NCBI GenBank assembly: GCA_000438075.1
Contig: FR903546.1
Coordinates: forward strand, 82,996 to 146,995
Length of the DNA: 64,000 bases
Source: Clostridium sp. CAG:609
Lineage (GTDB): Bacteria > Bacillota_I > Bacilli_A > RF39 > UBA660
Direction of reading: 5' to 3'
This document shows, piece by piece, positions 41,399 through 50,519 of the stretch. Made by a program: the position numbers and the translations under genes. Within the stretch, counting starts at the first letter, position 1; each line of letters starts with the position of its first letter. Below the pieces are notes generated by a model. The model was not told the origin of the DNA, searched no databases, and saw only the letters and a list, made by a program, of their open reading frames with translations.

Positions 41399-42475
41399 GT
41401 GAGGCTAGTGAGCTTAAGTGTAATAGATAAATATATAAGTAAAAAATCTAAAGACTTACTCGAATACGCAAAAATTTTAGAATCAATCATAAGTATTGAG
41501 GATAACAATTTGTGGCATAGCAAGAAAGATTTTACAAAATATGCAAAAGAAGTAATAGAAAATTATGCTGACAATTATTATTTCCAAAACAATATTCATA
41601 AGGATAATCCAATTGAGTATTCAAACGACAACATCAATTTTGTCTTAAAAGCAATCTTAGAATATTGTCGCCTACATGACACAATAGATATAGTAAAACT
41701 AAGAAAAAACGAAACATTTCTATTGTCAGTTATTATATGTAGTGCATGTTACGTAGATTTTGCTTGTAACGTCGTCGATGGTGATTATCAAGATACTAAA
41801 AATAAATTTAAATATCTACTTAGTTATTTGAGAAAAACTAAGGTATTAAATGTTAAAGACAACAAGTATTTTGTTAATGACTTATTCGAAGCAATCAAGA
41901 AAAACGCTGCAGAAGATAAAAAAATTCTAAGTGGTCTAGAAAGTGAAGCATTTAAAAACACATACAAGATGTTAAGTAACAATCCAGTAATATATGATGT
42001 ATCATATACTTACAACATTCCAGATTTAGAAAATTTTGATGAAAACTTATCCAAACGGGTACTTGCAACGTATGAAAATAAATTCTTTGAAATGTCACTC
42101 GATGTTTTAGAATTAAAAATTCTCGAAGAACTAATCAGCAACAGAGAAATGCCAACTTATGTAATTCGTGTTAACAAATATTTAAAAAAAGCAAACATCG
42201 TTAGAAAATTAAATAACAAATATTTAAAAGATAATATTAAAATATTAATTCCGTTTGAACACGAAGTTGAGTATCAAACAAACATTAAAGATTTAAAAGA
42301 AATAGGTATGAGTTTTATCTACGAACTTGAAGAAACCAAAAACATCGAAGCAACAATATTTATGGATAATACGGAAGTGCTCGTAGACAAAGAATTTATA
42401 AAAAATAATTTAGACAATGAAAATAATTTCAAAAAAATGAACGTTAAACTAATTGTAAAGAATAAGGAGGATTAG
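41399..42475 (+). CDS. hypothetical cytoplasmic protein, first gene of the McrB-like operon
   Basis: 358 aa, GTG start, no TM segment and no motif I can assign. It stops 3 nt before the next start. Confidence 0.6.
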   Translation: MRLVSLSVIDKYISKKSKDLLEYAKILESIISIEDNNLWHSKKDFTKYAKEVIENYADNYYFQNNIHKDNPIEYSNDNINFVLKAILEYCRLHDTIDIVKLRKNETFLLSVIICSACYVDFACNVVDGDYQDTKNKFKYLLSYLRKTKVLNVKDNKYFVNDLFEAIKKNAAEDKKILSGLESEAFKNTYKMLSNNPVIYDVSYTYNIPDLENFDENLSKRVLATYENKFFEMSLDVLELKILEELISNREMPTYVIRVNKYLKKANIVRKLNNKYLKDNIKILIPFEHEVEYQTNIKDLKEIGMSFIYELEETKNIEATIFMDNTEVLVDKEFIKNNLDNENNFKKMNVKLIVKNKED

Positions 42476-42478
42476 AAG

Positions 42479-43984
42479 ATGAGTGTGTATGGTGAATTTT
42501 TTACAAAGTTTATGGGACCATTATTCGAAGGGTTCATAAAAATATTCAAGGGTTTAGGTGAAGGGTTATTCCAAATGTTTAATGTAGTAACTTACATAAC
42601 AGTAATCGGGGACTATAAAAGTGATTTAAAAGGATTAGGTCTATTAGTAATGGTTTTATCAATAGTATTCCTACTTGCAATAATGGCACTTATTGTGTTC
42701 TTAATCTATAAATCAGTAAAAACATATCTAAGATATCGTAGAAATGTTAAAAAAGAAGACATGTTAGTAGAAGAAATTGATTCATTAAATAATGAAATTT
42801 TCAAACTAAAAAGAAATGCTGAAAAGTTCAGTGAACTTGCAAATGCAAACGGAGAAATTGAATACAATGAAGACGGAACTCCAAAGAACGAACTAAAAGA
42901 AGGAGAAAGCAGATTCTTTAAACTAAGTACAGTTGATGCAAAATTCAAAGACTATACTCCTGAAGAAATTGTTAACAACTTCACATTAGAAAGTTTCTGC
43001 GATACATTCAGAAATTATTCAGCATCAAAATTACATCTATATTATGATATAAACTTAATTAGATTATTTATTGCATCATTTGCATCAAACAAATTAATCA
43101 TTCTAGAAGGTATTTCTGGAACAGGTAAAACATCTCTAGCATATGCTTTTGGTAATTTCGTAGATAATGAAACAACTGTTGCATCAGTTCAACCTTCATG
43201 GAGAGACTCAACAGAAATATTTGGTTACTTCAATGAATTTACAAAGAAATTCAATGAAACAGAAATTCTAGAAAAAATGTATGAAGCTCAATATGATGAT
43301 GAAGTATATATTACATTACTTGATGAAATGAATATTTCTCGTGTTGAATATTACTTCGCAGAAATGTTATCTATCTTGGAACTTCCAAATAAAAAAGACT
43401 GGGTAGTTGAACTAGTTCCAAATGTTTGGCCAAATGACCCAATCAAACTAGAAAATGGTAAATTAAAAATTCCTGAAAATATGTGGTACATTGGTACAAT
43501 CAACAACGATGACTCAACATTCATGATTACCGACAAGGTATACGATAGAGCAATGCCAATTGCAATCGATGATAAATGTGAAGAATTCGAAGCTCCTGAT
43601 ACTGACAAAATTAAAACAAGTTATAAGTACTTAGAAAGTTTATTTGAAAAAGCTAGTGCAGAACATCCAGTTAGTCAAGAAAACTTAGATAAAATTGCTC
43701 AACTAGATAGATATGTAATTGATCACTTTAGACTTGCATTTGGTAACAGAATTGTAAAACAATTAAAAGAATTCGTACCAGCATTCGTTGCATGTGGTGG
43801 TGAAGAAGTCGCAGGTATTGACTATCTAATCGCTCACAAAATATTAAGAAAATTTGAACAATTAAATTTAGCATATATCAAAGATGAAATTGATGGTTTA
43901 ATTAATTATTTTGAAAAACTATTCGGAGCAGGAAAAACTCCAGAATGTAAAGCATACTTACTAAGACTTAAGAAAACTATTTAG
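42479..43984 (+). CDS. membrane-anchored McrB-like AAA+ (GTPase/ATPase) protein
   Basis: TM helix at ~aa 52-76, then a coiled coil. Walker A GISGTGKTS. LLDEMNISRVEYYFAEMLSILE resembles McrB DEINRAN..kvFGE. GTINNDDSTF...DRA resembles McrB MNTADRS...RRRF. Confidence 0.75.
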   Translation: MSVYGEFFTKFMGPLFEGFIKIFKGLGEGLFQMFNVVTYITVIGDYKSDLKGLGLLVMVLSIVFLLAIMALIVFLIYKSVKTYLRYRRNVKKEDMLVEEIDSLNNEIFKLKRNAEKFSELANANGEIEYNEDGTPKNELKEGESRFFKLSTVDAKFKDYTPEEIVNNFTLESFCDTFRNYSASKLHLYYDINLIRLFIASFASNKLIILEGISGTGKTSLAYAFGNFVDNETTVASVQPSWRDSTEIFGYFNEFTKKFNETEILEKMYEAQYDDEVYITLLDEMNISRVEYYFAEMLSILELPNKKDWVVELVPNVWPNDPIKLENGKLKIPENMWYIGTINNDDSTFMITDKVYDRAMPIAIDDKCEEFEAPDTDKIKTSYKYLESLFEKASAEHPVSQENLDKIAQLDRYVIDHFRLAFGNRIVKQLKEFVPAFVACGGEEVAGIDYLIAHKILRKFEQLNLAYIKDEIDGLINYFEKLFGAGKTPECKAYLLRLKKTI

Positions 43985-43992
43985 GTGAGTCT

Positions 43993-45081
43993 ATGGATAT
44001 AGTAGAATATATTAATAATTTAAATAAGGAAAAAGCCTCAGCATTCGTTGGGGCAACTTCCTCAAATATAACCGTCAAAAGGGATATTGATGCTTGTGTA
44101 AGTGATACATCATGGATAGACATGGTCGAAGAATGTATTCCTTATCTAGATAACATCATAAGAAATCCCAGAAGATTTATTGTTCAAGAAGAAAAAATCG
44201 TACCAATTGAAAAAGCAAAAGTCGTAACTGAAGAATCAATCAGACACTTAGCTCAACACACAAGTATGATTCAAGAAGTACATGATGATGGCACAGTAAT
44301 CCCTTTAAAACTATTAAATGTTTATAGAGAAGAAACTGTTGACTTATACGAAAACCGATTCATAAAGTCCTTAGTTGATAACCTTTATACATTTGTAAAT
44401 AACAAATTATCTGAATCAGACCAAAAAAGTTATGCAAATGTCGATAGTGAAGTAACTTACCAAGGTATAATGAAGAAAAAAGGTGAAGAAGTAAACATCA
44501 ATGTAACAATGACTAGCAAAAAAGAAACTGAAGTTGATGCATCAAAAGATGGACATAGCTTAGATGAACGTATTGAACACATCAGAGATATCATTAATGC
44601 ATTTCGTTCATCAACATTTATTAAAAGTCTAAAAGAATCTAGTCCTGTAAGAAGTCCAATTAGAAAAACTAATGTAATATTAAAAGAACAAAACTTTATC
44701 AAAGCATTAGAACTTTGGGAATACCTAGAAAAAAATAACATAAAACCTGTTACAAGCAAAGATAAAAGAACTGAAGTATTACATGATTCTGACATTAAAA
44801 CTAAGTTTGACTTTGCATTTTTCGTTGATAATGAAGCAATCGAAATCAAAAAAACAAATCAAACTGCAGAATTTAATTCAGCAATCATAAGTAAACTAGT
44901 AAATGACTTTGTCTTCGCCGGAGACATAACAGAAAAAGAATTTAAAAGATTAATGGAAAAAGAAATGAAAGAAGCAAAGAAACGTAAAGAAAAAGCTGAA
45001 ACTGGTATAAGAAAAACAATTGATGCATTCTTTCAAGACTTTGATAAGAAAAAGAAAAAAATAAATTTATTAATAAAGTAG
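43993..45081 (+). CDS. McrC/DUF2357-like protein without an obvious nuclease domain
   Basis: The N-terminal half has the PRRF...VPIEK...LYENRFIKSLV pattern seen in McrC/DUF2357 partners of McrB. The C-terminus is Lys-rich. Only a weak D...EIK candidate is present. Confidence 0.5.
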   Translation: MDIVEYINNLNKEKASAFVGATSSNITVKRDIDACVSDTSWIDMVEECIPYLDNIIRNPRRFIVQEEKIVPIEKAKVVTEESIRHLAQHTSMIQEVHDDGTVIPLKLLNVYREETVDLYENRFIKSLVDNLYTFVNNKLSESDQKSYANVDSEVTYQGIMKKKGEEVNINVTMTSKKETEVDASKDGHSLDERIEHIRDIINAFRSSTFIKSLKESSPVRSPIRKTNVILKEQNFIKALELWEYLEKNNIKPVTSKDKRTEVLHDSDIKTKFDFAFFVDNEAIEIKKTNQTAEFNSAIISKLVNDFVFAGDITEKEFKRLMEKEMKEAKKRKEKAETGIRKTIDAFFQDFDKKKKKINLLIK

Positions 45082-45093
45082 GTGATGGTAAAA

Positions 45094-46758
45094 ATGGCTA
45101 AAAAGAAAGAAATGAATGAAGAACAAACATTTATGAAAAATAAAGAAGTCATAGATATTAAAAAATTTATGCTTTTAAAAAGCAAAGAACAAGATGATTT
45201 AATAATTGATACTTTAAATAAGATGTATGAAGGTGCTATCGAAGTATCAAAAAAACACATCGATAAAGTACTAAATGTTGTATTTGATAACAAAGATAAT
45301 GATACATTTTTGCCTCATTCTTTGAGAGTTTCTAAAAATGGAAACAAATTAATTTTTGAATTTAAAAAAGGTAACAATGCTTTACTAATTTTATTTCTAC
45401 TTGGTTTTTTATTTCTAGCAGGTTATGCAACATATGCTGGAGTTCAATTAATAGGTAAATCAAAAATGAACATCGATTTAAATGGTGATGGAATTCCTGA
45501 TTTAAATATTGATTTAGATGGAGATGGTATATGTGATGTAAACTGTGACACCAACAAAGATAAAAAACCAGATCAAAACATTGATTATAGAAATAGCAAT
45601 AAGCCAACATTTAATGTAGTTCGTCCAGATGGCACTATATTTAATGAAATGAATCAACTAGATGAATCTGGTAAATGTAAATTAAATTGTGATACCGATA
45701 AAGATGGCTGGCCAGATACAAACATTGACTTAGATGGAGATGGTAAAGCAGATATAAATATCGATATTGATGGTGATGGAAATCCAGATTTAAATATCGA
45801 TACAAATGGAGATGGAGTACCAGATGTTAATATTGATGATGATAATGATGGTAAATGTGATCGAAATTGTGTATCAAACATTGTTGCTAACAACAAAGGA
45901 CAACTTGATGTTGATTTAGATGGCGATGGTAAATGTGATATAAACTGTGATACAAACGGTGATAAAATACCTGAAGAAAAAATAGATTACGCCGGAAATA
46001 AGAAACCAATATTTAATGTTCCAGATGAAAATGGAAATTTAACAAATAAAACAAACCAAGATACAAATGGTGATGGCAAATGTGATTTAAATTGTGATAT
46101 TGATAAAGATGGCTGGCCAGATATAAATGTTGATTTAGATGGCGATGGCAAAGCAGATTTAAACATAGACCTTGATGGTGATGGAACACCAGATTTAAAT
46201 ATCGATACAAATGGAGATGGAAAACCTGATTTCAATATTGATGAAGATGGCGATGGCAAGTGTGATCGAAATTGTACATACATAATTGATAAAAATGGAA
46301 AAGGTGGTTCAACAACAATCGGCGACAATGGTGCTAATATTGAAGCTGCTGCATTGGTTGTAATGTTTGAAGATGGTAACAATATAGCATTATCAAATCT
46401 TTATCCAGATGATCAAGATGATCCAAATGTTAACACAAAAGTGCCAGACATCAGATTCTCAATTGAAAATACAACAGATAAACCATTAAAATATAACATT
46501 GAATGGATTGATGTTGAAAATACATTTACAAGTCCAAATTTTTGGTTTAAAGTATCAAGTACTTATAATGGATTTAACCAAGACTGGACAACAGCACCAA
46601 AATCTAATGGAAGAATGGCTACTGAAGTAGTGGTTGCACCTAAATCAAAACAAATTTACACAGTTTCATTTACATTACATGGAACTGGACAACCACAAAA
46701 CTACGACCAAGGCAAATACTTCCGTGGTAAAGTTGCAATAGATATTATCGAAGACTAG
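45094..46758 (+). CDS. single-pass membrane protein with extracytoplasmic DxDGDG (thrombospondin-type-3-like, Ca-binding) and CDxNC repeats
   Basis: A ~95-aa cytoplasmic N-terminus and a TM segment LLILFLLGFLFLAGYATYAGV. Two ~120-aa tandem units are packed with D-x-D-G-D-G-x-x-D, followed by a ~140-aa beta-rich C-terminal domain. Confidence 0.7.
   Translation: MAKKKEMNEEQTFMKNKEVIDIKKFMLLKSKEQDDLIIDTLNKMYEGAIEVSKKHIDKVLNVVFDNKDNDTFLPHSLRVSKNGNKLIFEFKKGNNALLILFLLGFLFLAGYATYAGVQLIGKSKMNIDLNGDGIPDLNIDLDGDGICDVNCDTNKDKKPDQNIDYRNSNKPTFNVVRPDGTIFNEMNQLDESGKCKLNCDTDKDGWPDTNIDLDGDGKADINIDIDGDGNPDLNIDTNGDGVPDVNIDDDNDGKCDRNCVSNIVANNKGQLDVDLDGDGKCDINCDTNGDKIPEEKIDYAGNKKPIFNVPDENGNLTNKTNQDTNGDGKCDLNCDIDKDGWPDINVDLDGDGKADLNIDLDGDGTPDLNIDTNGDGKPDFNIDEDGDGKCDRNCTYIIDKNGKGGSTTIGDNGANIEAAALVVMFEDGNNIALSNLYPDDQDDPNVNTKVPDIRFSIENTTDKPLKYNIEWIDVENTFTSPNFWFKVSSTYNGFNQDWTTAPKSNGRMATEVVVAPKSKQIYTVSFTLHGTGQPQNYDQGKYFRGKVAIDIIED
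45511..46275 (+). repeat. in-frame tandem duplication (units 45511..45870 and 45913..46275) encoding Asp/Gly/Cys repeats
   Basis: The two units align residue by residue: DLDGDG.CD.NCDTN.D..P...IDY...KP.FNV...GKC.LNCD.DKDGWPD.N.DLDGDGKAD.NID.DGDG.PDLNIDTNGDG.PD.NID.D.DGKCDRNC. Confidence 0.85.
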
Positions 46759-46777
46759 TTAGTGCTAGTCTTTTTCT
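46752..46777 (+). terminator. rho-independent terminator of the four-gene operon
   Basis: agactag-ttagtg-ctagtct hairpin followed by a T run. It overlaps the stop codon. Confidence 0.7.
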
Positions 46778-46822
46778 CATATATTTGTTATAATAAAACC
46801 AAGGAGTGGTAAAATAGTAATT

Positions 46823-47011
46823 ATGAATATAGATATAGATAGATTAAGAATTGATATAAAAAATTATTACCTAAGTGCATATTTTACCTTAGGTTTAATT
46901 GTAGCACTAGGTTATTGTATAAATATAGATAACTTAACAAATGAAGAAGTTGTAGACCTAGCAATAAACCTTGGATTTAACTTATATGACTATGAAATAA
47001 GAACTAGATAA
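46823..47011 (+). CDS. small hypothetical protein
   Basis: 62-aa ORF with GGAGTGG upstream. No assignment. Confidence 0.4.
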   Translation: MNIDIDRLRIDIKNYYLSAYFTLGLIVALGYCINIDNLTNEEVVDLAINLGFNLYDYEIRTR

Positions 47012-47053
47012 TAATAATCCCTCATAAAACATATAATTCTATGAGGGATATTT

Positions 47054-48958
47054 ATGTTTTATAATAATATACATACAAGAATTAGATATGTTTTTCTAGT
47101 AGTAACAATTATTTTAATTATAGCAATAGCAAGAGTGTTCTATATCCAAGTATTTTCATACAAAAAATTAAATACTTTAGCAGAATCTCTATGGAGTAGA
47201 AAACTTCCCATTTCAGCAGATCGAGGTAAAATTATTGATAGAAAAGGTCGTGAACTTGCAACAAATATTACAACAACATCTCTAGTTGTAATACCAAATC
47301 AAATCAAAGATAAAGAAAAAACAGCTGCGTCTTTAAGTAACATTCTTAAAAGTGACTATAAAGATATGCTAAAACATGTAAGCAAAAAAACATCAATAGA
47401 AAGAGTTCATCCCGAAGGTCGTGGTTTAAGTTATGATATCGCCGAAGCAATAGATTCTCTAAAACTTGATGGAGTATACCTTGTTAAAGAAAGCAAAAGA
47501 TATTATCCATATGATAATTTACTTAGTCATGTCTTAGGTTATGTAGGTATTGATAACCAAGGATTATCAGGTCTAGAACTATATTATGATAAATATCTAA
47601 CGGGTAGTAATGGTTCAATAAAATATTTCTCAGATGGAAAAGGAAGAAAACTTGAATTATCAGAAATTTATGAAGCACCAACAAGTGGAATAACTCTTCA
47701 ACTATCAATAGATTTAGATCTTCAACTTGCAATAGAAAATGAACTAGATAATGTTGTTGCCAAATATAACCCAAATAGTGTTATTGCCTTAGCAATGAAT
47801 CCTAATACCGGTGAAATACTTGCAAGTAGTGCAAGACCAAATTTTAATAGCAATAATTATAAAGCTTATAACAAGGAAGTTATAAATAGAAACTTACCAA
47901 TATGGATGACTTTTGAACCAGGTTCAACTATGAAAATTACAACATATACCGCAGCTATAAATGAAGGCTTAGTAAATATATTCGAAGATAAATACACAGA
48001 TACTGGAAAAATAAATGTTGATGGTGCAACTCTACATTGTTGGAAACGCGGTGGTCACGGATTGCAAACTTACCTTGAAGTCATTGAAAATAGCTGCAAT
48101 ACTGGTTTTGTCAGTTTAGGACTCATGCTTCAAAAAGAAAAATTAATGGAATATATTAAAGAACTTGGTTTTGGTAAAAAAACAGGAATAGATTTAAATG
48201 GTGAATCAACTGGAATATTATTTGATATAAATAAAATGGGAAATGTTGAACTTGCAACAACTGCCTTTGGTCAAGGTATAAGTGTAACTCCGATTCAACA
48301 AGTGCGAGCAGTATCAGCCATAGTAAACGGAGGTACTCTTTACACTCCATATATTGTAAAAAATTTCTTAGAACCAGAAACTAATACCATAATAAAAAGT
48401 ATTAGTCCAAAAGGTACTAAAAACATAATCAAAAAAGAAACATCAGAATTAGTAAAATATGCCTTAGAAAGTGTAGTTGCCAAAGGTTCAGGTCACAATG
48501 CTTATATTGAAAACTATCGCATTGGTGGTAAAACAGGAACAGCTCAAACAGTTGAAAATGGAGTATATTCAAATAGTAAATATATCTTATCATTTATAGG
48601 TTTTATGCCTGCAGATAACCCAGAAATTGTTTTATATATAGCAGTTGATAATCCCAAAAATGTTGTTCAATATGGTGGAGTAGTAGCAGCACCTATTGCC
48701 AAAAACATATTTTTGAGTGCTATAGATATATTGGATATAAAACAAAGTAATGAAGGAATTGCAAAAGAATATACATGGCTAGATCAAAAATATGTCCAAG
48801 TACCAGATGTAGTTGGTAAAACAGTAGATGAAGCAAAATCTTTACTAAAAGGATTTTCAATTGAATACTCAGGTAATGGTAACAAAGTAATTTATACATC
48901 ACCAAAATCAGGTACATACACTAAAGAATTTGGCACAATAGTACTAATGCTTAACTAA
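47054..48958 (+). CDS. class B penicillin-binding protein (FtsI/PBP2B/SpoVD-like) with one PASTA domain
   Basis: N-terminal TM anchor, transpeptidase motifs STMK, SCN and KTGT, and a C-terminal PASTA domain (VPDVVGKTVDEAKSLL). Confidence 0.92.
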   Translation: MFYNNIHTRIRYVFLVVTIILIIAIARVFYIQVFSYKKLNTLAESLWSRKLPISADRGKIIDRKGRELATNITTTSLVVIPNQIKDKEKTAASLSNILKSDYKDMLKHVSKKTSIERVHPEGRGLSYDIAEAIDSLKLDGVYLVKESKRYYPYDNLLSHVLGYVGIDNQGLSGLELYYDKYLTGSNGSIKYFSDGKGRKLELSEIYEAPTSGITLQLSIDLDLQLAIENELDNVVAKYNPNSVIALAMNPNTGEILASSARPNFNSNNYKAYNKEVINRNLPIWMTFEPGSTMKITTYTAAINEGLVNIFEDKYTDTGKINVDGATLHCWKRGGHGLQTYLEVIENSCNTGFVSLGLMLQKEKLMEYIKELGFGKKTGIDLNGESTGILFDINKMGNVELATTAFGQGISVTPIQQVRAVSAIVNGGTLYTPYIVKNFLEPETNTIIKSISPKGTKNIIKKETSELVKYALESVVAKGSGHNAYIENYRIGGKTGTAQTVENGVYSNSKYILSFIGFMPADNPEIVLYIAVDNPKNVVQYGGVVAAPIAKNIFLSAIDILDIKQSNEGIAKEYTWLDQKYVQVPDVVGKTVDEAKSLLKGFSIEYSGNGNKVIYTSPKSGTYTKEFGTIVLMLN

Positions 48959-49040
48959 AATATGTAAAGTTCTGTAAAAAATAAAATAATAATCTTAAGA
49001 TATTATAAATTATGTTATATAATAAAAAAGAGGTGGAAAT

Positions 49041-50033
49041 ATGTTAATTTTAGCAAAAGCTTCGATGGCTTTAATGTTAGGTTTCGTTTTATCATTAATA
49101 ACAGGTCTAATTATTGTACCATTATTTAAAAAACTTCATTTTGGTCAATCAGTAAGTCATTTGATAAATGAAAGACATTTAAAAAAAGAAGGAACACCAA
49201 CAATGGGTGGGCTTATATTTATAATACCAGTTATTGTATCTTTAATACTTTTATATTTAAAGGGAAGTATATCAATAAGTTATAATTTAATAATCGTGGT
49301 ATTTGTATTTTTAGCTTATGGACTACTTGGTTTTATCGATGATTTTATGAAAGTAAAATATCACAATAACAATGGTCTTAGCTTAGTTACAAAATTTTTA
49401 ATTCAAATGATTATAGCTTTAGTATTCTTTTATTTATTTATGAAAGGTGGAGGAGAACCAGTTCTAAGCATAAGTTTCTTAAATATATATATTGATTTAG
49501 GTTGGATGTTTGGTTTATTTATTTTATTTTTACTAGTTGGAACAACAAACGCTGTAAATATTACAGATGGCTTAGATGGTTTAGCTGGAGGATTATCAGC
49601 AATTGCATTTTTTGCTTATGGTGTTATAAGTTGGAATGCAGGTTGGTTAGAAGGTTATCAAGAAATAGCAATATTTTGTTTTCTACTTGTAGGTGCTATC
49701 ATAGGTTTTTTAGTATTTAATACTCATCCAGCAAGAATATTTATGGGTGACTTAGGTTCTTTAGCTCTAGGGGGTGCACTTGCATCAGTTGCAATAGTTT
49801 CAAGACATGAAATATCTCTAGCGATAATCGGCGGAGTATTTGTGGTAGAAACTCTATCAAGCTTGATTCAAATTATATCAATCAGATACTTTAATAAAAA
49901 GGTATTCTTAAAAGCCCCACTGCATCATCATTTCGAAGAATTAGGTTGGCAAGAAACAGATATAATTAAGTTATTCTGGGTTGTAGGTTTTATCCTTGCA
50001 ATGGCAGCAATAACATATGGAGTATGGTTATAA
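49041..50033 (+). CDS. mraY: phospho-N-acetylmuramoyl-pentapeptide transferase
   Basis: NAVNITDGLDGLA and MGDLGSLALGG motifs. Confidence 0.95.
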   Translation: MLILAKASMALMLGFVLSLITGLIIVPLFKKLHFGQSVSHLINERHLKKEGTPTMGGLIFIIPVIVSLILLYLKGSISISYNLIIVVFVFLAYGLLGFIDDFMKVKYHNNNGLSLVTKFLIQMIIALVFFYLFMKGGGEPVLSISFLNIYIDLGWMFGLFILFLLVGTTNAVNITDGLDGLAGGLSAIAFFAYGVISWNAGWLEGYQEIAIFCFLLVGAIIGFLVFNTHPARIFMGDLGSLALGGALASVAIVSRHEISLAIIGGVFVVETLSSLIQIISIRYFNKKVFLKAPLHHHFEELGWQETDIIKLFWVVGFILAMAAITYGVWL

Positions 50034-50034
50034 A

Positions 50035-50060
50035 AACGAGTCTAATAAACTCGTTTTATT
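50035..50060 (+). terminator. rho-independent terminator after mraY
   Basis: aacgagt / actcgtt stem followed by tttatt. Confidence 0.6.
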
Positions 50061-50065
50061 CATGT

Positions 50066-50228
50066 TCTCTAAAGAATTTGTAAAAAGAAACATTTAATAC
50101 TTTACTAATCGTTGCAATAACAGCTATTAAAAAATGTTTGATTAACTTTTACACTTTCAATATTAGCAATTAAACTTCTTGATACTTGACATAACTTAGC
50201 AAGTCCTTCTTGAGTAATTCTTCCATAC
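50066..50228 (-). pseudogene. relic of an XRE-type HTH regulator (N-terminally truncated, frameshifted)
   Basis: The minus strand reads ..GRITQEGLAKLCQVSRSLIANIES.. and then needs a frameshift to continue as LIAVIATISKVLNVSFYKFF. A TAG lies immediately upstream. Confidence 0.6.
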
Positions 50229-50231
50229 TAA

Positions 50232-50468
50232 TCAGCATATAATGACAAAAATATTACATCATTAAATTGGTTATATACTGGATTTGCAGAATGAACTACA
50301 ACATATTATGACTTTGGAGGATATAGTGTTATAATTTCAGCATCAGGAGAACCATCATACAAAGCTCAATCAGCAAGCTATAATATTAGACCTACCTTTT
50401 ATTTAAAATCAGATACACAATACATTAGTGGATCTAAAACATCAAGTGACCCAATAATCATTAATTAA
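50232..50468 (+). pseudogene. AT-rich relic of the C-terminal domain found in the 11734..13350 protein
   Basis: It reads SAYNDKNITSLNWLYTGFAE*TTTYYDFGGYSVIISASGEPSYKAQSASYNIRPTFYLKSDTQYISGSKTSSDPIIIN*. The in-frame TGA at 50292 sits where the full gene has TGG (Trp). There is no start codon and no N-terminal body. Confidence 0.7.
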
Positions 50469-50519
50469 TACATGTAATAACTAATAATATAAAATAATAT
50501 AATTATATCGGTGATAACT

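Noticed and set aside
45472-46312. Strong DNA periodicity that could be mistaken for a CRISPR-like or satellite repeat array.
   Set aside because: The periodicity is in frame and encodes DxDGDG/CDxNC peptide repeats inside a long ORF. There is no repeat-spacer structure with constant repeats, and no cas genes are present.
45654-46382. Listed minus-strand ORFs 45654..45896 and 45987..46382 (Ser/Pro-rich translations).
   Set aside because: They are antisense to the repeat protein gene. They arise because GAT/GGT-rich repeats lack stops on the opposite strand. They have no RBS and are low complexity.
50292-50294. An in-frame TGA aligned with a conserved Trp codon suggested that TGA might encode Trp (genetic code 4, Mollicutes-like).
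   Set aside because: Well-supported genes in the window terminate at TGA with correct full lengths (mutS 2218-20, ireB 17515-17, the ABC ATPase 32259-61). The organism also carries complete peptidoglycan genes. The TGA is a pseudogene lesion.
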